Shown: positions 11,069-23,094 of the stretch, one piece after another
Position numbering within the stretch: position 1 is the first letter of the stretch
How the letters are laid out: each line of letters starts with the position of its first letter
DNA from: Azolla caroliniana
Lineage: Eukaryota > Plantae > Polypodiophyta
Direction: 5' to 3'
DNA: 64,000 nt
Assembly (NCBI GenBank): GCA_043228905.1
Contig: JBHGNT010000002.1
Span: 19,778,001-19,842,000 of the forward strand
Program-made: the position numbers and the translations under genes
Notes under the pieces: model-generated
Seen by the model: the letters and a program-made list of their open reading frames with translations, nothing else
Databases searched by the model: none
Told to the model about the DNA's origin: nothing

Positions 11069-13347
11069 AGACGACGACGGTTGCAGCGGTTGCAGACAAC
11101 GGCTGCAGACGACGACGACGATGACAGCGACAACAACGCAACGGCAGAGAGAGCCGTTAGAGAGACGCAACGGCAGAGAGAGAGAGAGAGAGAGAAAGCG
11201 AGGGATTTGCCTGTTATAACTTTTCATCCAACCGCCATTTTCAACGTTGTTGGATACGTTTATGTAGTTTGTTTCAAGAGCTTTCTTTCTAGTCCACGCT
11301 TGGTGCTTCCTAAAGTTATATGATCAATTATTGTAACCTATAGTATAGACTCAAAATTCCAATAGGAAGTACTAAATTGATGATTGTGGACAGATGTGAG
11401 AGTGAGAAAGAATAGGAATTTTAAAAGGCAAAAATTTAATGAGTTTATGGATCATGAGAAGATATATTGTATGTTGCACTTGTAATAGGACATATGGGAC
11501 CAATATAAAGAATGTGTTTGTTGAGTGGGATCGACTTTGTGATATTGCTAATCCATTACTCTTTTATTTTGTGAAACAAAATGAGGATGATGCCAAGGAT
11601 TGTGTAGAAGAGGATGTTATGGAGGTGGAGATGGAGATGTTAAGGTATTTTGAGGTATTCTATAGCCATGCTATTATATTGGTTTTCATCGATAACCTCC
11701 TTTAGTTTCATGGGTCAATTAACGATTTATTCTAATTTAGTTCCTAATTGTATGGAGCATGTACATGTCAATCCACGAGGGATTAGGGGCATAGTTTTCT
11801 ATTCATCATTTTTAATAGTTAGGCAACTAATTAGGGGTTAATTAGTGTCTAATTATGTGAGTAGTTAATCACATACGTGATTAAGTAGCGGAAGGTTGTG
11901 TGATGTGGGTGTATGTGTGTGTGGGAGAGAGAAAGAGGAAGTTACACTTATGAACATACACAATGGGGGATGATTAACGAGAGTATAGCTTAAAGGCCTT
12001 TCTCTATATTAGTAAGCATCAAATCCAAAAATACCCACAATGTGGTATATATACATCTCATGTGCAAGGTTGCACATGTGTGAGGAGAATATAGGTACAA
12101 GGATGTAAGTTCTATATTAAATGAACTCGGGAGTGGGAGATCTAGAGTGTATCCCACTCACTTAGTACAAAATCCTATTTAAAGGTTTGAAGTCAACACA
12201 CTAACTAGATTCTATTTATGCAACTACTAAGTTACATAACTTACAAAATAATTAAACCTAGTTTATCTTGATATCTCAACACCCCCCCTCAACCTCAAGC
12301 CTGTGATGTTAACAGCTTATGGCTCATGTTGGCTTTTGGCCTTGACATTCGGTAGTCTACCCCTCCCCCTCAAGCCTGTGACGAAGGCTTTGGAGTGCTA
12401 AGCGGTCGAAGGTTGAGTGCCACTGAAAACCGGTGGAGCTTGTTTGCTCCTAAGGCCTAGGTGAAGATATTGGCCGTCTGTTGATCAGTGCCGACGTTTT
12501 GGAGATCGATGTCTCCTGCGATGATTCACTCCTAAACATAGTGGTAGTGTATCTCTATATGTTTTGTTCGGGCATGGAACACCGGATTTTAGGCTAGTTG
12601 TATGCTACTTTGATTATTGCAGTAGATACGTATCGGTTCATCGACCGATTCATTGAAGTCCTTGAGTAGCCTTTTGAGCCAAATTGCTTCACAAGTGGCG
12701 ATAGTTGGGCCCCTGTATTCCGCTTTGGTGTTGGACAATACAACTCTTGGTTGCTTCTTGATACTCCACAAGATCGCTCCGCTTCCGAGTGAGAAGACGA
12801 AGTCGGAAGTTGAGTGTCGATCGAATACACTGCCGACCCAATCAACATCGGTGTATCCTTCTAGCCGAATAGTCGCCCCTTCCTTGTAGAAGATACCCCG
12901 AATCCATGGTCCAGCTAACGTTAGCACAATGCAAATGTGTATCGCACAGTGTTTGCATAAATTGGCCAAGGACACCAATCGGATAGCTAAGGTCGGGTCG
13001 GGTGATAGTTAGGTAAATGAGACTCCCAATGATCTACCGATACTGAGTTGGCTCACATGGTGTGCCAGAGTCCGCATGCAATTTCATATTGAGATCGAGG
13101 GGAGTCAATATTGGCTCGTGGTCTGTCATGTCGAACTTGAATAAACACGTTTGTGTTCACAAGTGGAAGGATCGCGCACAAATGGAAGCATAAAAAATAT
13201 TCCTTTTGATTTTGGGGCTTTTTTGGCCATTTCACAAAACACCTTGATACCATTATCACATGTTCTCAAAACTTGATGAAAAAGCTGAAAATTTCACCAT
13301 TTGGTAAAATTGAAAAATGCCAAAATTTGGCCAAATATGAAAGCAAA

Positions 13348-13886
13348 TGTTGGGAAACGGATCCCTCTCGATGGGAAGAGAACGAATCGAATCAGATGGA
13401 ATCAATGAGTATTTCAGTCGAGGCTGAAATCGGGAGACCATATATGTAAATAGTCTAAATGTGCTCTTACGGGCTATGTATGTAAATAGCCAAAAAGTTG
13501 TATATGTATAAATATAACTAGGGCAAACTTTATAAGTAGTTGAATCTTTATAGTTGTAAGTAGTTACTGTGAGTAGTTGCCTCTGTAACAACTAGTGAGA
13601 GAGTGAGAGAGAGTGTGTGTGAGTGTAACTCTGTAGCCGTCAGTTGACGAAGAAGAGTTCAAGGTCATTGCCTTGAATCCTCTTGTTGTACTCCTCCCCT
13701 TTTAGTGATCTGTTTGGAGTTTGTGGACTCCACGTGGTTTTTCCCGATTCGGGTTTTCCACGTTAAACCTCTTGTGTCTCTTTGAGTTCTCGTATTTTGT
13801 TTTTTTCTGTCTGTGCACTATCTTACTTGACACTTTGCACCCGAACACATATGGGGAACCGATTGCATCTAGTCACGATCCTAACA
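13348..13886 (+). mobile_element. Probable copia-type solo LTR nested in the DNA transposon
   Basis: TGTTGGGA..TCCTAACA termini, a TATA-like TATAAAT, and a U5-like CCACGTGGTTTTTCCC..GGGTTTTCCACGT. TSD not convincing. Confidence 0.6.
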
Positions 13887-14489
13887 ATAACTTTGTGTAC
13901 TTTTAAGGAGAAATTATAACTAGTAATTTTTTAGATCTTAAAGAAATCATAAGCGAAATATTTCAAAAGAATCAACTTTTTTATAACATTTGATAAAATG
14001 TTGTCTAAATCTATTACATATCGTTGCACAAAATATACATAGGAGTTGTTTGCATCATTGTGATCACTAGTTTCATGAGAGTCACTACTATAGCTAATAT
14101 ACAATTGTAACTCTTCCTCCTCATTTTCAAATGTACCAATCAAAGCATTGTCATTATCTAAAACCAAATGGTGTCTCCAAATTATGTGCACTAAATCAAG
14201 TTCGCCTTCAATCCAAGACACCTAGACTTGGTAATTTCTCTTTTATTATATCTATCGTTGACTTCCTTAAACGTCCAACTTTTGTCAGTGTATAGTCATA
14301 CACAATGATATCCACTGGAGTTTTGCTCGTTTTACACAATGATTGTCCCACGTAAATGTTTCTCTATTGTGGATGGACAAACTATGTGATGATGAAGTGG
14401 TGATTGAGAACCATGTGAATATTGATAGATCATGTAAATGACATTTCCAAGGTCTAATTACTATCAATACAATTATTTTAAAAACCGAA

Positions 14490-14925
14490 ATTGCAATACA
14501 ATTGATACAATGTAACAAATTCATGTTAAATATTTTTTTTGGAAAAATAAAACTTTACAGATAAATTCGATACATTTTCATCACAATTCGATACAATGTA
14601 TCAAGTTCATGTGCATAGTTTTTTTTTAAATTTATAAATAAAAAAAAACAAAAAAACAATTAAAAAAATAAAAGTGTAAAGTTTTGAAAAAAAAACTCAA
14701 AGCACATGAACTCAATACATTGTATCGAGTTGTGATGAAAATAGGGAGTTTTCAACATCAATTCGATACAATGTATCAAGTTCATGTTTAAAGTTTAAAA
14801 AAAAAACACTTTAAACATTAACTCGATACATTGTATCGACTTGTGATGAAAACTCCAATTTTTAACATCAACTCGATACAATGTAATGAGTTTGAGTTTG
14901 ATACATTGTATCAAGTTGATATCAA
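14490..14925. repeat. Array of about 7 palindromic motifs (TCGATACA-W-TGTATCGA core) in alternating orientation, separated by A/T tracts
   Basis: Copies near 14503, 14588, 14712, 14763, 14823, 14873 and 14899. Confidence 0.8.
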
Positions 14926-15197
14926 CTCATTAATTTTTGGCATATTTTGTATCTACCAATCCCTTTTGGGCATTTAGAACCCTTTTTTAGAGTTTCTCTC
15001 TATTTTTCGATCTTGCCCCTACAAGGTCAACTAAAAATGAAGATGAGCGTACAGTCAAGAAAATACATTTGAAATATCAAGGCTCGCCTTTAGAATCTAC
15101 TCAACATGAGGAAGCCACATATAGTTAGAGAGCAAAGAAATATTGTTCAACGATGTTATACCGAGATAGTGATAGTACGAACCCAAGAGAAGTTAAA

Positions 15198-15997
15198 GAT
15201 ATTCATGATTTTCCTACATTTCTTGCACATCTTGAAAGAGCTCAGAAATAAAAGGAGCAACGTTTAGTGAAGGCATATGGTGTAGAAGTTTATGACACTT
15301 TTAAGAAATTTAGCCACAAAAATGATTTTACCCGAGATTTATACAATAATGTCTATTGTGGTGATGTGGTTGAAATAGATTGCCAACAAAGGAATTCATA
15401 TTATTGATTGTTGACATAACATCCGGTAGAATCAACATATGATGATGAGTCATTTAGGTTCAAACAACTTGAGAAGATGGTGAAATATTTCACACAGTTG
15501 ACGACTGCATCCTTATGGAGAATTGTTGTATTCCATAGCATGGACCAAGGATACTCTGTAGCACAGGCCTTGAGATCTCGTTGCCATGGGATACAAAACC
15601 TTACTTAGTAAGGAATATTAATCTTACATGGAGAATTTTGATTTATTCATCAAAACATTCTAGCTAATATTGATATTTGTCATTTGAAATGTTCTCCAAC
15701 GAAGCAGGTTGGATACTATATTTGTTCTCCGGCTTAGGTAAATTATTATAACTTTGTTTGCTATACCTTTAGAAATCAATATAGTTTATGTTCTCCGGCT
15801 TAGGTAAATTATTATAACTTTGTTTGCTATACCTTTAGAAATCAATATAGTTTATGTTTAGCTAAAACAATCTTCATTTTAAATTGTTAATAGGTACTAC
15901 GTCTGCATCTACATTGAAGCTATACAAGAGTATTGTTGAACTAGCAAAGGATGATGAGTAAGCGAGTTTCATTAACATGAGGATTAGAGCCTTAACA
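15198..15997 (+). pseudogene. Decayed, spliced beta-class N6-adenine/N4-cytosine DNA methyltransferase-like gene
   Basis: NVYCGDVVEI..PTKEFILLIVDITSG (motif IV DIPYG with 2 substitutions, 15413-15427), then YDDESFRFKQLEKMVKYF..WRIVVFHS..QNLT(W)|GTAAG. Later FEMFSNEAGWILYLFSGLG|GT..AG|TTSASTLKLYKSIVELAKDDE*ASFINMRIRAL, which corresponds to motif I (LDxFxGSGTT) and the following helix/strand. Confidence 0.75.
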
Positions 15998-18308
15998 TTT
16001 TCAACCTATTTCTCCATTAGCTGGTGAACCTAGGGAGCTTATTGATTTTGATGAAGAGCTATTAGAGGACCCTACCATTGCTAGCCTCTATGGAGTAGAT
16101 ACTACTACACAAATTTTGGAGGCGAGAACTCTTAAAAGGAAGAAGAGGAGAGCAATGTGGATACTTGCTTAGATGGATGCAGCTTAGTTGGTGAGGTTGC
16201 CCAATGGAGACTAGGTGGTCATGGGTTCAACCCCTACATTTCACAGTGGCATCTAGTGAATCGAGATATCTACGAAGTATGTAATAGAGAGAAGTGAGAA
16301 AATTGGGTTTTGAACCCAAGACGCAGTGCTTATAGTGTTCACAACTTACCACTAGGGTAAGCTAATTACGAGCAATGTGAATACCATGATAACTATGGTT
16401 TGATATGTTCCAATAATATATTAATGTTCACGTCTAGGTTTTACAATTTTGACTCTTTATGAATATTGTCTACATTTTTGGAGTTGTGAATTTATAGATG
16501 TTGAGGGTTACCTATTATACATTTTCACTAACAATAGATGTCACTTCCACTTCTGGAACCTACATCTCCTCAAGATGGTGAAACCATTAATCTTAAAGTC
16601 TTGTGCTTTGAGGTAACCATTGTGATTTTCTTTAAGTTAACTACATTTCATATCTGTAGACCATCAACGTTTAAAAACATTTATCGGAAAACTATTCAAT
16701 TTTAGAAATGATCATTTTGACATTTGTTAAATCTCAATAAATCATCAAATTTTATATGCTATTGAAAACATATGATATTGGTGTATCAAGTTTCTGAAAA
16801 TTGCTAAAATCGCAAGATTATAAAAGGAATCTACAAGTGAAATGCGTGATCCTTCCACTTGTGAACACGAAAGTGTTAATAGAATATTCAATATGTAGTG
16901 ATGTTGGGAGAGCATGATGTCATCACCGGTTCAGATGGCCTTGATTCCCAGGAAGTAATGCAGTTCGTCCATGTCTTTCATTTCAAACTTCCCGAAGAGG
17001 AGCATCTTGACTGTGTTGATGTTGGCTAGGTGTTCACCACCGATCACTAGGTCGTCGACATATATGATGATGAAGATCAAACCACTTGAGTTGCTTCGGA
17101 TAAACAAGGAATTTTCAGACTTGGACATCCAAAAGTCGATTCAATGCAAAAATGGCAAGATCTTTGAATGTTAGGCCCATGGCACTTGCGTGAGGCCGTA
17201 GAGGGGCTTCCTGAGTCGGCAGACGACATTCGGATGTGATGTTGATTTGAAGCTGGGTAGTTGTACCATGTACACCTCCTCCTCTAGCTCGCCTTGGAGG
17301 AATGCATCATTTATGTCCATTTTGTGGAGATGCAACCCTTTTGCCGTTGCGAGTGCTAGTACCGTCCGAATCGTAGACTTCATCTTTGCCACTGGGCCAA
17401 AGGTTTCTTCGTAGTCGAGTTGATCTAGACTTCTCAATTCATGAAACCATTCTTCTTGTGAGGTCATATGATTTGAGGTGCCGGAGTCGACGAACCACAC
17501 GTCTTCTGACTTGGAGGTGTTGGTGGAGTCGGATGCTGACATGGAGTTAGCCTTATGTTGCATGATGAACATTCCACCATAATCTTCATTTTCGGAGTTG
17601 GAAGCATAGTTCGTGAGTTGTCAGCTTGTGGAAGCCGATTCACTTCTTTTCTTTCCGCACTCCTGTTCGTGGTGACTAATCTTCCCACAATAGTTGGAAG
17701 TAACGGGCCTTGTTTGCCAACCATGTTCAACATGGAGGCTCCCCCTTCTTCTGAAGGTTCTTTGAGTGTTTTTGTTTTCTTGACGAAGGTTGGAGTTACC
17801 TTTGTGATTCCAACCAACTCGTCCTCCTCTGCCTTAGCTGAAATGACCTCTTCCACCTCGACCTCGTTTTCAGCCGCCTTCTGAGTTCGAGAAGAACATT
17901 CGTTCTTCCGAAGTCTTGCTATTTGTTCTGTCGTGGTTCTCTTCAACCAATAACATTGATTTACGGTCGAAGAATGAAGGAGGCTTTTCTCTCACCAAGA
18001 TTGTCGTCCTTGTCAGGTCGAATCATTGTGCAAGGCCACCCAAACATACTTGGACCATCTCATCTTCATCGACGTTTATGTTGATGTAGCCAAGCGAGTC
18101 GCAAATGCTCTTGTTCTTGACAATGTAGTCTGACACGGACATGTCCTTTTGCTGAACTTTGTTCAACTCTTGCCAGAGTTGACGCTTGCAGGCAATCGTG
18201 TTGGCGGCGAAGATTTTCTTTAACAAGTTCTCCCACTCTTCTTTGGGCGTCTTGGCATCTCGAATGTGGCTAAGCATGTGATCATGAACACATGTTGCCA
18301 AACAATAC

Positions 18309-21300
18309 TGAAACGAGTTGCGTGCGGAAGGTCGTAGACATAACCGACTTCACCGGTTATGAACATAAAGTATTTGCAGGTAAAATGGAAGCTTCATGAA
18401 GCACAGAGAAACACATAGATTACACAAGAGAGACAAAGAGAGAAAAACATAAACTCAAATTCAAAAAATTACTCTGTACATACAATGTGCTCAGTGAGCA
18501 CTTTTATACAATTCCTTAAAAGGACTGACAGAAGTACTGACATGTACTTCAATGCTCGTACCGAACGACTGACATTGACTCCTAAAAATATGCCTATGTA
18601 CTAGACTAGAATCATAGGCCTCTAACGGCCTACCGATTACACTCTGATCCGACTCTCCGTTCTGGACATCAATACGGACACCGATCTGGCTCTTCGTTAT
18701 CGGACATCGATCCGGCCCTTGGCTTATTCAGCTGATCTGGATCATGTTGAGCTTGCTCTCTCAACACTCCCCCTCAAGGTCAACTTGAGGTCGGGTCGTG
18801 GTGTTAATGTCTACCAGTCCTTCCCTCCAGCTCCTCCTAGCGTCTTCCTGCTGCATAAATTGGTTGATCACTCCAACCGGATAACTGATGTCGGGTTGGG
18901 TTATTGTCAAATAGATAAGGTTTCCGACAATTTGTCAGAACCGTTTCTCATTGCAGGGTCCAGAGTCGGGACATAGCTTGAGGTTCCTGTCCAGGGGTGT
19001 TGAGACCGGTCAACATTCGTTCATGCCGAACTTATACAACATATTCAACACATAGTGTCGCTGAGATTGCAATATGTCGTTTGGGGTATGGATCACTTCA
19101 ATACTAAGGAATTAATGAAGGTTCCCTAGGTCCTTCATTTCGAACACATTCGATAGTTGGGACTTCACTCAACCGATCTCAGGGAGGTCGGGTCTGGTAA
19201 CGACTAAGTTGTTGACATACAACAAAATTCATACCGGACCTTTTGAACCCTTTCGGATGAACTACAAAGAGTCGGAATTTGATGCCGCAAACCCCATCTT
19301 ACGCAACTGGTGTGTTATCTTCGAATTCCAAGCACGAGGAGCTTGCTTCAGGCCATAAAGCAACTTCTTGAGTTGGCACACTGCCGACCTGCTCATCTCC
19401 GATTGAAATCCAAGGGGCTGGATCATATAGACTTGTTCTTCAAGATCACCTTGAAGAAACACATTCTTCACATCCAGTTAGTGAAGATGCCACCCCCTTG
19501 CCGCAACAATTATCAACACCACACGAACCTTCATCATCTTTGCTAGCCGATTGGAGGGCCTTTTTGGCTGATGCGGACTTTGTCTTCGAAGGTCCATCCT
19601 CTTTTTTTTGGAGTTGGATTCACTCCGTTCCAACTCGTCTATTCCAGTGTCGTATTCTTGCATCTTCTTCTTCCCCTTCTCTTTGTGTGTGAACCATCTC
19701 CTCGGTTCCTTGCGTGGGGAGAGCACGACCGAGTCTCCACTGCCCGCCGACTCATCATCCTACTAGTCATTCCAACTCAGCACTTCATTCGGCCCGCTCA
19801 GGCGGAATAAGATCGGACTCTCATCTATAGTACCAAACTCTTCTTCTTCTTCAGCCTGGATAATTTGAGGCTCACTGGCTTTATCTTCAGTGATCGGGTG
19901 GTCGGAGTTATAGGGGGTCGGAGTCGGTAAAGAGTACCATGATGCCGACTCATCGAATTTGACATCTCGGCTCACTCGAACTTGTTTGGTCTAGGGGTTA
20001 TAACATTTGTACCCCTTCTGTTCATGTGAATAGCCAACCAAAATGCACTACTCCGACTTCGCGTCCAACATCCTCCTCTTCTCATCGGGCTCTTTAACTG
20101 CCGAATATCTTCAGGTGTTGTAAATTCGGCTTCCGCCCGAAATACAGCTCGTGTGCCGATGTAGACGATTGTCCGGACCGCTTCGGCCCAACAAAACTTG
20201 GGCATGAACTTCTCCTCTAGCATCACTCTTGCCGCCTCCACAACTGACCGATTCTTTCTCTCAGATACTTCATTTTGTTCCGGTACATATCTGCAACTGA
20301 ATTCTCGCTGAATTCCCTTCTGTTGCAGATAGTTGTTGAATTGGCCGGAAAAATGCTCCTTTTCGCCATCTGACCGCAAGCACTTAATCTTCTTGTCTGT
20401 TTCCTGTTTGACAAGTCTTTGTAGGTTCTGGAAATAGTTGAAGACTTCGCTTTTCTTCTCAATGAGAGAGATCGACATGTGTCAGCTGTAGTCGTCGATG
20501 AAGGAGACAAAATGTCGACTCCTGCCAAAACTAACATTCTGTGCCGGTCCCCATACATCCAAATGTATCAAGTCGATCTTGTTCCGGCTCCGGTTTCGTT
20601 TGTTGGGGAATGGACGTCGGTGTTGCTTTCCAAGTTGGCACGCTTCACAAATTTGGGCCTTTCGGCCACTAAACTTCAACAATCTGAATACCACTTGTTT
20701 CAATTGCAAATCCTAAAGCCTTTGATAATTGACCTGGCCGATCCGCTTGTGCCATAAGTCGATATCCGACTTGACTTTTTGTCCATTGGCAAATAGAGCA
20801 GTGTCGACGTCGTTAGTGTAGAGTATGAACATCCTCCCGTCTTGGCACCCTTGCGCGATGATTTGGCCCTCCTCCTAGATGAAGCACCCGAGATGCGGCA
20901 TCCCTTCGTTGACGATCTGCCCTATCGACACCAGGTTCTTTGTGATTGTTGGGACGTGCAACACGTTCATGAGTTTTCCCTTTTGCCACTCTTCATGGAT
21001 CATCATATGGTTCGACGCCCCAGAGTCAACATACCACACTTCTTCCAACTTGGCAGTGGTCTTCTTCATCGAGTTCGCCTTGTGATTCATCACAAAGGTT
21101 GGGCCTGATCCATTTCTGGTCTTTCCAGTTATGGATCCTTTGGTGTAGTGCAAACGTTGTCAACTCCCTTGTTCGGCCTTGCCGGATCCGGATTTATCCG
21201 AATAGGCGCACTTCTTCCAGCACTCTCTTTGTCGGTGACCTTTCTTGCTACGGTACCAGTATTCCGTTTCGGTTTTCGAACGCTAGTTCCCGGCATTGCC

Positions 21301-23094
21301 TTGGCTCCCCCTGCTCGTGGAGGGCCCAAAATTGGTGTTGGCATTATCTCCGTGCCTCTGATTCTGCTCTTGTCGGCTGCCACTGTTGTGTGCCGATCCA
21401 CCTCATCCACCACACCCACGAGGTTGATCTACCTCCATGTACAACACCCAGTTGTCCGATTCAGTGGTCCTCGACCCACTCGCGTGGTTTTCTTCGACCA
21501 TCCTCGATCCCAAACTAGCTAGCCTACTGAGACCCTTCATTTGCTGAGCCATATCCAAATCTCTTCATGCACTCTTAGTTAAAACCAAAATGTCTAGATC
21601 TCCTTTATATCCCCAACTTTAATATACCTTCCCCTTAATACACTACCAATCATACTACCCACCCCAATACTTGATATCACTTTCCTCCTCTCCCATTCAC
21701 TAACCCATCTTTATCTTTTCTGTCTGTCTCTGTCTCTCTCCCCATCCCCTTTCATCCTTCCTTAACTCTAATACTCTTAATTTTCACATCACCCTTTACT
21801 CACCATCCCTCTCTCCTAACAGTTGGCAACGGTTCAGGTTCAAGTTTTTTTTAACATTTCGGTTTCGGTTCGATTCGATTTCAACAGTTAGAAATTGTGC
21901 TTTAAATGGTTTAATGGTTTTTAAAAAAAATAAAAATTACTATTTCTTTCAAACAATCTTTTCATTTTTAAGCCTAATCCTTACGTTTTAGGAAAATCTT
22001 TAAAATTTTGAAAAATTTAAATTTAAAATAATGAAGGACGATGGTTTCTCCCGGGTGCAAATCGCCGTCCGGATAGGCCCGTACCTTTGCGCTAAACCAC
22101 CGAGGCAGATTTGGACCATGTCGTCTTCATCCACCATCACGTTGATGGACCTCAATGTGTCAAAAATCTCCTTTATTTTGGTGGTATAATCAGCAACCGA
22201 CATATCCCGTTGTCAGATGCTATTGAGCTCTTGTCGGAGCTGCAACTTCCGGACCATGGTGCTTGCTGCGAAAATCTTCTTCAAATTTTCCCTGGCTTCT
22301 TTTGGCGCTTTTGCATCCTTAATGTAGCCGAGCATCTGGTCGTGCACACAGGATAAGAGGCAATATAATACTCTACTCGCTTCTTACTCCCATGCCAGGA
22401 AGTCCTTATGTGCCGGTTTCGATGCTACTTCATTCGCTCACTTGACATAGCTCTAGTATCCATGCCCGAGTAGGTACTAGCACATCTTGTAGGACCAAGA
22501 TGCATATATGCTTTTGTCGAGCTTCTCCGTCGGAAGCGAGCTAGCCATTCCTCTATCCATTCCCTTCTTTTGTCAGTTCTTTGCTAGAAGTTAGGTTTTC
22601 GTCTATCTAGTGCTTTCTGTAGGCAACAAAGGATGTTCTAACCCTCACACTCTAATACCATGAAACGAGTTGCGTGCGGAAGTTTGTAGACATAACCAAC
22701 TTCACCGGTTATGAACAGAAAGTATTTGCAGGTAAAATGGAAGCTCACGAAGTGCAGAGAAACACTGAGATTACATAGGAGAGACAGAGAGAGCAGACCA
22801 ACATAAACTCAAATTCAAAAAATTACTCTGTACATACAATGTGCTCAGTGAGCACTTTTATACAATTCCTTAAAAGGACTGACATAAGTATTGACATGTA
22901 CTTCAATGCTCATACCAAACGACTGACACTGACTCCTAAAAATATGCCTACATACTAGGCTAGAATCGTAGGCCTCTAATGGCCTACCGGTTACACTCAT
23001 ATTTGAACACCAATCCGGCTCTCCATTTCGGACACCGATCTGGCTCTTGGCTTATTCAACCGATCCGGATCATGTTGAGCTTGCTCCCTCAACA
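18309..23094 (-). mobile_element. Ty1/copia element C2 with both LTRs, internally deleted, inserted in C1 gag
   Basis: LTRs 18309-18766 and 22661-23094, 5-bp TSD AATAC (18304-18308, 23095-23099), iMet-type PBS before 22661 and PPT after 18766. Gag, protease (VWYVDSGASNHM), integrase (CEACQLGKQHR, HLDVWGP, LRSDG) and partial RT are present. RNase H is missing, and about 500 bp of unrelated sequence is inserted at about 21520-22030. Confidence 0.9.

Larger units (their letters stand above)
13144..16877. mobile_element. TIR DNA transposon (3734 bp), superfamily unassigned, carrying an amino-methyltransferase pseudogene
   Basis: TIRs 13144-13178 (AACACGTTTGTGTTCACAAGTGGAAGGATCGCGCA) and 16843-16877 are 32/35 complementary. 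AATA is duplicated at 13140-13143 and 16878-16881. Removing the element and one AATA restores the copia RT frame ..HYILNILFKFDMT.. Confidence 0.9.

Noticed and set aside
10591-11323. ORFs with SLSLSL/RERERE and Cys/Arg runs (also 5384-5875 and 43282-43749)
   Set aside because: Microsatellite and low-complexity translations.
14490-14925. CRISPR-like appearance (palindromic repeats with spacers)
   Set aside because: The repeats alternate in orientation, the spacers are irregular A/T tracts, there are no cas genes, and the context is eukaryotic.
16178-16365. True tRNA genes (also at about 30958-31056)
   Set aside because: A and B boxes only; no convincing acceptor or anticodon stems.
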